This document shows, one piece after another, positions 54,901 to 64,000 of a stretch of 64,000 nt of DNA (position 1 is its first letter; each line of letters begins with the position of its first letter). Made by a program: the position numbers and the translations under genes. Source of the stretch: Octopus sinensis (taxonomy: Eukaryota); assembly GCF_006345805.1 (NCBI RefSeq), contig NC_043010.1, positions 46,376,001 to 46,440,000 on the forward strand, read 5' to 3'. The notes under the pieces are model-generated. The model ran no database searches. It saw only the letters and a list, made by a program, of their open reading frames with translations, and had not been told where the DNA came from.

Positions 54901-57900
54901 TATTCCGACACATTTACACTCCAGCTTCCGTGCAGCTTTCATTGGAATCCTTCATAGGCAGATGATCTTCATCACCTACTTCATCACACTGAGTTTTTTG
55001 CAGAGAAACTGTTGTTGTATCTTACCCAAGGCTTTCATGCCCCAACACCAAATTTATAACCAACAGTACAGCACAGAAGCCAACATCTAAAACACATGGC
55101 CATTGCAATTCTTCTTTATTGAAATCATTACATAGTATCAATTAACTAGTTGAAATTAAATTTTACACTAAAATAAACTCCAAAAACTATATAATACCCT
55201 ACAATATATGCAATTCTAAATTGACATTGCTTCATATGGGAGAAATAATCCAAAATTTAACCTCTTTCATGCCTGATACACACTACTAATCTGGTTATTA
55301 GAAACAAGACATTTCTTAAGAATGGAAAGAAATTAGAAAAATTATCCTGATTTATTTAGTCAGTGGATGCCATCAAACTGAAGAAGTTTACCATAAATAA
55401 TATAGAATATTACTAAAGTTATCTGACAAAATCTGATTAACATACTGAAGTATAATATAAAATTAGTGCAGTCCTAGGAAAACGTGGAAAGTGTTTCATC
55501 CTTTTAATACTAACTCACCTGAGGTTGTCCTTTGCTTTATGATGTAAACTTCTTGTTCTAAAGTGATCTAACTTCAAATCCTCAATCAAATTTTTATGTT
55601 AATCTGCTATAATCACCAGCTTAATAATGTCGGTAATTTTACTAAGTTCTTCATTATTTAAAAAGAAAAACTCTTTGAAACAAAAGCAGTGTATGTCTAC
55701 AGAAATATGGTAACAGAAGGGTTAAACAAATCCGAAACACAAATCAAAGAATGAAATCCAGATAGGTGTGATTTTACACACTTAATAAACACTATTATTT
55801 TAATTTTCATTGCCATTTACAAACAGTAGTGTTGTTGGTTACAGGTTTCCAAGAATTTGAAGAACACTAGATTTTTTTTACCATTATTTCACATCAGTGA
55901 AAGATATAAATATACATACATATGCACCTATACATATATCTTTAGTTTCTGCACAGTTTGCAACTACCAAATTTCACTGAAAGGACACTAGTCAATCAAA
56001 GACTTTGCATATTAGAGTCAAACCAGGAAAGAAAGATGCAAAGCAAACCCTTTTACCATTAAACCAACACTGCACTGAGGAGATGTTTTTTACAACCTGA
56101 GCATCTGTATGGAATACAAACTGATAACCCTTCTTGAAAATAGTATTTTATTTGTTCAATTATTGTATCACTCCCTTGTCACTGTTTCACATAAACTTTG
56201 CATTAAGCTGTGCACTGAGAACATTTTTTTGTTCTTTAGGGTGACCATTGTTATTATGTAATTGAGAATTCCCTCCTGTTCCTTATTGGAGTAGCAGGGT
56301 GGTGAAATGAATAAGGTATTGTACTACTTTCTCACTGGTCTTGAGTTCAAATTTGCTATAAGTATTTTGCTGTGTTTCTGGGATATGTGTCAGATATTTT
56401 GGAGAAAGTTAATAGGGTTCATTGTCAATGGTCAATTCTGATCATGAATAATTAATTGATTCTATTTATCACATTAGTGTGTGTGAGAGAGCGAGAGAGT
56501 GAGGGATAAGTGAAAGAAAAATGTTAATGACCCTTGAGTTATGCATATTAACCTTCTCTGCAATGTATTTCATAACATGAATGTTGTCTAAGAAAGTAGG
56601 AATGCTATTTCTGCCAGACAATAAATACTACCAATGACAGGTATGAAACTCTTTGTGAGCACCTTAACCAAAATCTTTAACTCTACATTCAACAGTTATA
56701 GCCCTAAAATTATCAATGATGTTCCTCTTGCTTGGAACCTTTCTTAAACGTTTACATTAACTGTTCTTAGGAAGAATGTAGCCTCTCTTACATTTTTGTA
56801 TATGGACAGTATTACTCTGGACGGAGACCAGGATTTGAGATGCATGTACTTACACTTGTTCTGGGTGACTCTGAAACATAGGTACCATCCAGTCAGGTCA
56901 GATCTAGCTGAGTGACATGAACTTTCTAGAACTAGATAAGATAGTGGTTTTGTGAACAATAGTGGAAGTGGAAACAGTTCTTTTAGAATTGGGGCTGACC
57001 TAGACTCCCCTCCTCTTATAATATACCCAGTGATACCCAGTTCTTATTTTTTGCATTTATTTCTCAACCTGTGCTGTGTTTGTGGTTACTCGCTTCTTGT
57101 GTGCATTACACCTTTTCTAAAATCATTCTCTTGAGTGTTCAATATATTTCCTCTTCTGGGGGAAGTATTTTATGGTTTTATGAAAGAAAACATGAACTTC
57201 AAAGAGATGTGTGTCGAGTAATTAGTGCCTCTAGCAATGAAGTCACTCATTTTGAAGCTATTGTTGCTATTGACAGTGGTAACTGTGGTGATACTGATAG
57301 TGCTACCATAATTGCAACCACATTTGGGGTTAAAATCTTTTGCTGCTGCTCTCTCTCTCTCTCTCTCTCTCTCTTTATATGTCCCTTTTTTTCCTGAACT
57401 ACAACTGTCAGCATTTTTCTCAATACTTTTACGAGAAAAATTCAAAACTTTTTTCTCGTAATCTCCCCACCTCCCTGAAGGAAATAAAAAGTGCCATTGA
57501 TCACGTCTGTCCAATTGTGAAAAAGCAAAAACGGAGAACAAGAATAACATTAACAAAATTCTAGGTAATGTTAACTCTGGTGAGATAAATGGCTACACTA
57601 AATGCTCTATAGTATTTTATTAATTTCCATCCTGATTCATATAACACTGGTAGTAACTCCGACGTTTGAACTGATGTCTCATCTGACGTCAGTTCACTTG
57701 ATATTTCTTCTATAAGTTTGTGATATTGCATCTAAGGGAGAGAGACATTTGCTTTTGTTTAACCCCAGTCCAGCTTTGATCCACTAGATCCATGAATAAA
57801 GGTGAATAAAGGTGGTACTGGTGTAACCATCCAGTCTTTTTTGTATATCAGTAATTACACTGTCTAATGTATGCTTCTCTATTTAAGATGATCAGTTACA

Positions 57901-57938
57901 ATTTGAGGAAAATTTGATGGCTATTTCTTGCAGATCAA

Positions 57939-58131
57939 GCAAGTGCACAATCTCTTGGCGTATGTGGTAGCTTCTTTTTTTGGCTCACATAGTGTCTCCT
58001 ATTTTGCTTTGTCTAGCAGCTCCCTTGTTGACTTGCATTGTAACTCTCTTGTTGGCTTACGTAGTAACTTCTTTATTGTCTTGTGTATTGACTCCCTTGT
58101 TAACTTGTCTGGTAGTTCCCTTGTTGGCTCA
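57939..58131 (-). repeat. Degenerate 24-bp tandem repeat (8 copies)
   Basis: Plus-strand consensus TCT GGT AGT TCC CTT GTT GGC TCA; the minus frame reads Q(A/V)NKGxTx with three stops. Confidence 0.8.
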
Positions 58132-58675
58132 AAGGGTGAGGTATTTATCACAAAGAATATGGATGATAGACATTGTGGAATCTACTCCACAATCTCGGTA
58201 TTTTGAATTCAAATGCTACCAAGTTTTACTTAGCTTTTAATCTAGAGACAGTGCTCCTTTTCTGAAATTTATGGTCCTCTACCAATGTAAGAAAATATTT
58301 CATACTAATGTATTAATTACATTCTTGTATAATTACATTTTACTGAGAAAAATGTTAGCTTTCTCCTGATTTTCATTTAGATTTAGGCTGCTCACTCATT
58401 ACATTGTTTAGGCATAAACCTTATTGTTGAAAATCACCATTGTGGTAATTTGAAAAGTTTAAATTATCTCAATAATAATAATAGCTGATTGGATTGCATC
58501 ATTTCAAAAGAAATAATGTAAGAAGCATAGTAACATGTAAATAGAGTATTATTCCACTCCTTATTGACTTTTATGAAATTTTACACTTTGCATAAATTAG
58601 AATGATTTTTACATGGGTTGAAAAGATAAAAGATTGATTTCATATTGAGCAATGATACTGTCTTTGAATGTTCAG

Positions 58676-58724
58676 ATCAGATTCTTTAAACACAAAATGG
58701 ACGATGGGTTGTTAAAAGAAGTTA
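58676..58724 (+). CDS. Candidate 49-nt exon (IRFFKHKMDDGLLKEV), possibly an initiation exon with CAAAATGG
   Basis: ttcag| acceptor, TTA|GTAAGT donor, only one open frame, ATG in an invertebrate Kozak-like context. Confidence 0.3.
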
Positions 58725-59909
58725 GTAAGTATGGTAGTATAATTATTGCTAATTTAGGTTCTTTGAGGTGATCCCTACCAACAAATCATGTGTAAATGTC
58801 TAAAAATACATTTTCCCTCATATTCCTGTCAATATATTTTATTTCAGTTTGACAGAAGATTAAGAATATTGCTGTTTGAAACTACATGTTCGAAATAACT
58901 GGTGTGAAGGGATCTAAAAATAAATAAATTGCATAATAATAATAGATGATGGTTTATAAATTGCCTATTACTTAGGTGAAATAGTAGCCTTTCTAAGAAC
59001 TACTTGTGAATGTAATTTTTAGTGTTCTTCAAAGAGTAACATTATGTATAATAATGGGAATTACTTGGTCATTTATATTTTGAAACTTCCAGTTGCAAAG
59101 AATTGCATGTATTATAGGGTAATTGAACCTGGTTGAGTTGATAAAGTGCAAGCCTTTCAACAGTTCTTATATTCTCAGTAGCATTGTGTCTGTAATAATG
59201 ATACGAATATTTCAGTGCATCTAACTGTAAGTAGATACGCAAAACAAGTGTAATATTTTTCAGCATCTAACAGTGCTGAACTCAGATCTTCCCATTGAGA
59301 CTTGATAACTAAAGAGAAAGAACAGAAACCACTTCACTGCATTCTCAATTTAACTACTTCATGAAGTGATGTCCTAGTGAGTTACAAGAAATTGTTTGTT
59401 ATAGGATATTATTTATTACATTGTGAAATTGTTTATTCATATTTCATTCTCCACTTAGCGATTAGGGAAAACAACTTGTTAACTCTCCAGCTTTATAGCA
59501 GCTTGTATCTGCTTTCATGCCTTCCAAACAAACTCTTTCCTATGATACGGTTGAATGTTTTCACTTTTATGTTTCATAAATTATAAAGTTAGATTAGCTT
59601 ATTTTGAATGTTTTATTTCAATAGAAATCAATATTCACTGGTGGTTGTGAAAAGATGAACATGTAAAGGGTTAATACATGTAGAGAGCTTGATTGAGAAA
59701 TATAGTAGTAATTGTTGGCAGTCAAATGAATATTTAGCAAATTTATTAGTTCGAAACTTTTCAAACTTAAATGGATTATGATCAGTGGAGCAACAGTTCA
59801 CTTCCAAGACAATTTGTTTCATTAGTTGATGTGTGACTTATCACCCTTTCATCAACACACATGTATTTAAGATGATACCTACAAATGTTATGAACATTTT
59901 TATACATGA

Positions 59910-60306
59910 CTAGCAGTATTGCCCGGTGTTGCTCAGGTTTGTAAGGGAAATAAATATATAAGCATTTTTAGAGATGTAAAGTATAATAGCCATCTCAATA
60001 TGGCTAACCACAAAGGGGGAGGTGTTACTGTAGCTTTTTACGTTCTGAGATTTAATAATAAATTTTTAGAGAGTTACTTCCCTTATATATGCCAAAAATG
60101 CATTAAAAATGGGAAAAATTGATGGTAAATTTTTTTTTTAATCGTAGACTCATCGTAGACATGTGCTAATACCCAGAAGGGCTCGATATGAATCACGACT
60201 ATAAGATACCCGGTTTTGGTTAAACTGCACCGCAAAATGTGGGAGTAGTTAGGAATCTAAATCATAGGAGACAGACAGCACGCAACCTCTCTTTTATATA
60301 TAAAGA
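59910..60306 (-). mobile_element. Non-autonomous Helitron, subfamily 1 with an extra internal segment
   Basis: Termini and body match the 2452 and 37146 copies. Confidence 0.88.
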
Positions 60307-60327
60307 TTAAACACTGAAAACTTAACC

Positions 60328-60657
60328 CAGTGGTTCTCAACCAGGGTCCATGTATGATTTAATAGGGTCCACACAACAAAATAGTATATTGGGGATCCAC
60401 AATAGTATTTTAAGGGACCCTGAAAAAATTTTGCTTTAGTTGTATATATTTGTATGTATTGCAAGAAACAGCTAGGTTTCTTTCTCTAACATTTTACATA
60501 GTTCAACCTACACAAGTTAATCTGAGAAAAACAAAATAGGAATTTTAAAGGAAGTTTCTATAAAACTAGTTTTCAAACATCAAATGGTTATGGGGATTCA
60601 CCAGAATAAAATAGTAATCAAAGGGGTCCATAGGTAATAAATGGTGGAGAACCCCCG
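60328..60657. mobile_element. hAT-like MITE
   Basis: CAGTGGTTCTCAACC ... GGTGGAGAACCCCCG imperfect TIRs. Confidence 0.6.
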
Positions 60658-61482
60658 GTTTAACTCTTTTGCATTTAAACTGGCCATATCCAGCCCAAAT
60701 ACTCTACCTGTTTTATGTTCAGGCCAGCCAGAGCTGGCCTCTCACACTTACCCAACAGTGTCATTCTAAAATTAAGCAATCACATCATAAAAATCTTGAA
60801 GCTACAAGATTTTGCAGGATTAATTTAAACAATGTAAATAAATAAGCATTACATTTGACGGAGTAATCTGAACACTAAGTGTTAATGCAAAGCTAACAGT
60901 TACCTTCATCTGAGAAGGATGAGAAATATTCTTTCTTGTACAGCTTACTGTGTTATGATTTGGATTTGATACCAAATTTTTTTATCTTGTCAAGAACATG
61001 ATACGCCTTCTAGTGCTGATGCTGTGATAAAATGCACTCAACAAATCTGTAAAGGATTGATGTTAGCAAAGGCATCCAACTGTAGAACTGTAGAACCCCA
61101 GCCAAATATTTGAAACATAAACAAGATGTGGTCTTCTAAACCATTTTAAATAGAACTGACTTAGACTGTGACAACCCATGAAATCTAAGCCAGCAAGGAA
61201 AATGGATATAAAATGAAAATGATGATACTGGTTTCAAATTTTAGCACAAGGCCAGCAATTTTAAGGGATGTGGTAAGTCAATTACATTGATCCGAGTGTT
61301 CAACTGGTACATATTTTATCGACTCTGAAAAGATGAAAGGCAAAGTCAACCTCAGCAAAATTTGATCTCAGAACATAAAGATGGATGAAATACCACTAAG
61401 CATTTTGCTTGGCATGCTAATCATTCTGCCATCTCACTACCTTAAATGACAATGGCAATATTGATGATGATGATGATGATGA

Positions 61483-61518
<36 letters not shown>

Positions 61519-61897
61519 AAACATTTACAAAGGCAATGAAATTGGTGAAAGCACTTTGCTACAATAAAGTGGCTAAGAAACCATATCACCTTCCAGATAC
61601 TCCATGATTAGAATTTAATGAATAGTCGTATCCTGTAATAAATAATTCAATTGTCATCTTGAAAATTTTTCAGACTTACTTGAACAACTAATGGTTGTTA
61701 ACCATGAGATCTAACATCTGGAAAGTGATATGGTTTCCTACCGGTCCTTTGTAGCAAGTGCTTTCCTTAATTTTGCTCTGTTTACAAATGTAACATTTTG
61801 ATTGGCTGCAAGCTTATCTATCTCCTCCTGCTTTTGAAAATTTGGACTTCTTAGAAATCTTCACTTTTAATAAAATTATGTTTAAAAATATCTTTAC

Positions 61898-61929
61898 CTT
61901 CAAAGATAGATCAGAAGGCTGAATATCAT
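61898..61929 (-). CDS. Candidate 32-nt exon (DDIQPSDLSLK)
   Basis: cccttttcctcag| acceptor, AAG|GTAAAG donor, inside a 75-codon open frame. Confidence 0.3.
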
Positions 61930-62954
61930 CTGAGGAAAAGGGTTGGTTATGCAATAATGCATAACTATTAAATTTATTATGCAGTGCTAAATAAATAACC
62001 ATATGATTGAAACCTGTGCAGCAATGTTTTGATCCATCCACTCATATTTATATATAATGGTTAAGGCACATGGCTCAGTGGTTAGGGCATCAGGCTCACA
62101 ATCACGAGTTAGTGAGTTCAGTTCCTGGACCGAGCTGTGTGTTGTGTTCTTGAGCATGACACTTTATTTCACGGTGCTCCAGTTTACTCAGCTGTAGAAA
62201 TGAGTTGTGACATCACTGGTACCATGCTGTATCAGCCTTTGCCTTTCACTTGGATAACACCAGTGACATGGAGAAGGGAGGCTGGTATGCATAGGCAACT
62301 GCTGGTCTTCCATAAACAGCCTTGCAAGCTTCTTTATGTGAGTTTGTGTGTTGAAGCATATTCTGTTGAAAAGGTTGCAAGATGCAACGAAAATTTTAGG
62401 AAAATAAAAATAAGAAATAAGTGGAAATTTTACCAGTGAGTGTGTTAAATTATAAGGCACAAAAAGAAAATGACTCTCCCTAGACACAACAGAATATTAC
62501 CTTGTAGCTATGTTAAAAGTAAAAGTGAACCCAACTTTTAATTAGTGAACACAAGTTTATTTAATTAAAGAAACCAATCATAAAAAATAATTATTGAATT
62601 CTGATAGTTTATATGTAGCGGTTTTAGAGGCCCTTCTTCTAGCATTGCTTTAAATATTGCTTCAACCAAATGAAAAGCAAAAGGGATTAATTTTTGTTCC
62701 CATTTTAAAGTTGAGCACTTAATATGACATCTGTTTGTAAAACATGGTAACAATTTATTCAAATTTTGAAATTTTAATGGGTCTCTGAAGTCATGCAATT
62801 ATAAAATGAGTATGATATCGTACAGCTGCCACAGTGCTCCCCAGGAAGATTAAAACCTCTTGTTAGAAATTAGAACAGATAAAAATCTAGTGGGAATACC
62901 TTCTATGGTTTTTGTTACAGGTGTGAATAAATGTCAGTATGATAATAATGGTGG

Positions 62955-63190
62955 AGGCGCGTGGCTTAGTGGTTAGGGTGTCAGCATCATGATCGTAAGA
63001 TTGTGGTTTTGATTCCTGGACTGGGCGACATGTTGTGTTCTTGAGCAAAACACTTCATTTCACGTTGCTCCAGTTCACTCAGCTGGCAAAAATGAGTAAC
63101 GCTGCAATGGACTTGTGTCCTGTCCAGCTGGGGAACACATACGCCATTGAAACCGGGCCCATGAGCTTGGCTAGGCTTTAAAAGGGCGCA
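62955..63190 (+). mobile_element. tRNA-derived SINE family C, best copy
   Basis: GGCGCGTGGCTTAGTGGTTAGGG A box, TTGATTCC B-box-like motif, TTCTTGAGCAAAACACTTCATTTCAC central domain. Confidence 0.85.
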
Positions 63191-63203
63191 TATATATATT
63201 CAT

Positions 63204-63237
<34 letters not shown>

Positions 63238-63238
<1 letters not shown>

Positions 63239-64000
63239 TTTCTAATTTTGCCACAAGGGCAGAAATTTTGAGGGTGTGGTTCAGTCAATTACATCGACCC
63301 CAATGTTCAACTAGTACTTATTTTATTGACCCCCGAAAGGATGAAAGGCAAAGTCAACCTCAGCAGAAATTGAATTCAAGCATTTCGCCTGGTATACTAA
63401 CAATTCTGCCAGCTTGCCGTCTTCAATAATGATAATGATGATGATGATGATAATGCTTTCTAGTATAGGCACAAGGCCTGAAATTTTGGAAGAGGGGCGA
63501 GTCAATTACATTGACCCCAATGTTTGATTGATACTTATTTTGTCAACCCCGAGTAGATGAAAGGCAAAATTGATCTCAGTGGAATTTGAACTCATTATGT
63601 AAAGAGTCAGAAGATATGCTGTTGAGCATTTCATCCAATGCACTAAGAATTCTGTCAGCTCACTGTCTAAATAACAGTTTCAAATTTTGGTGCTAGGCCA
63701 GCATTTTCAAGGGGAGGAGTTAGCTGATTGCATCAACTGCAATATTTGATCAGTACTTTATTTTATTGATCCCGGTTGGATGAAAAGTGAAGTTGACTCC
63801 AGCAAAATTTGAACATAATGAGTAATAAGATACACCACTGCTGCTGTAACAGTTCTGCCAGAGAACCACCTTCATAATAATAATAATAATCCTTTCTGTT
63901 ATAGGTACGAGGCCTGAAATTTGGTGGGAGGGGACCAGTCGATTACATCAGCCCCAATGTGTAACTTGTACTTATTTCATTGACACTAAAAGGATGAAAA
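63238..64000 (-). mobile_element. Cluster of four same-orientation SINE family B copies separated by (AAT)/(GAT) tracts
   Basis: Repeated CACAAGG...AAATTTT...GTCAATTACATCGACCCC...GGATGAAAGGCAAAG modules. Confidence 0.85.

Noticed and set aside
62955-63030. tRNA-like sequences with A and B boxes (all SINE heads)
   Set aside because: They continue into SINE bodies and lack a complete cloverleaf, so they are not tRNA genes.

Overview
AT-rich eukaryotic genomic DNA, very probably from an octopus (coleoid cephalopod); this is inferred from the SINE families and the kilobase-scale (AT)n/(ATGT)n/(AAT)n tracts. It reads as intronic or intergenic sequence. No complete or nameable host gene is present, and nearly all ORFs in the supplied track are artefacts of microsatellites or SINEs. 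Well-supported content: at least four SINE-like families (>40 copies or fragments), five non-autonomous Helitrons, piggyBac MITEs plus an internally deleted piggyBac with a transposase remnant, hAT MITEs, and 3' ends of RTE, CR1 and R4/Dong-like LINEs. Short splice-site-bounded exon candidates occur on both strands but cannot be assembled into a recognisable protein, so the host gene and its strand are unresolved. The most interesting signals are a juxtaposed acceptor/donor (recursive-splice-like) site with a poison mini-exon, long inverted repeats that could form competing dsRNA, a decayed 24-bp coding repeat, a UGA-interrupted frame, and several insertion or repair events that can be reconstructed from paralogous copies in the window. 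I found no evidence for a major new multi-gene system.
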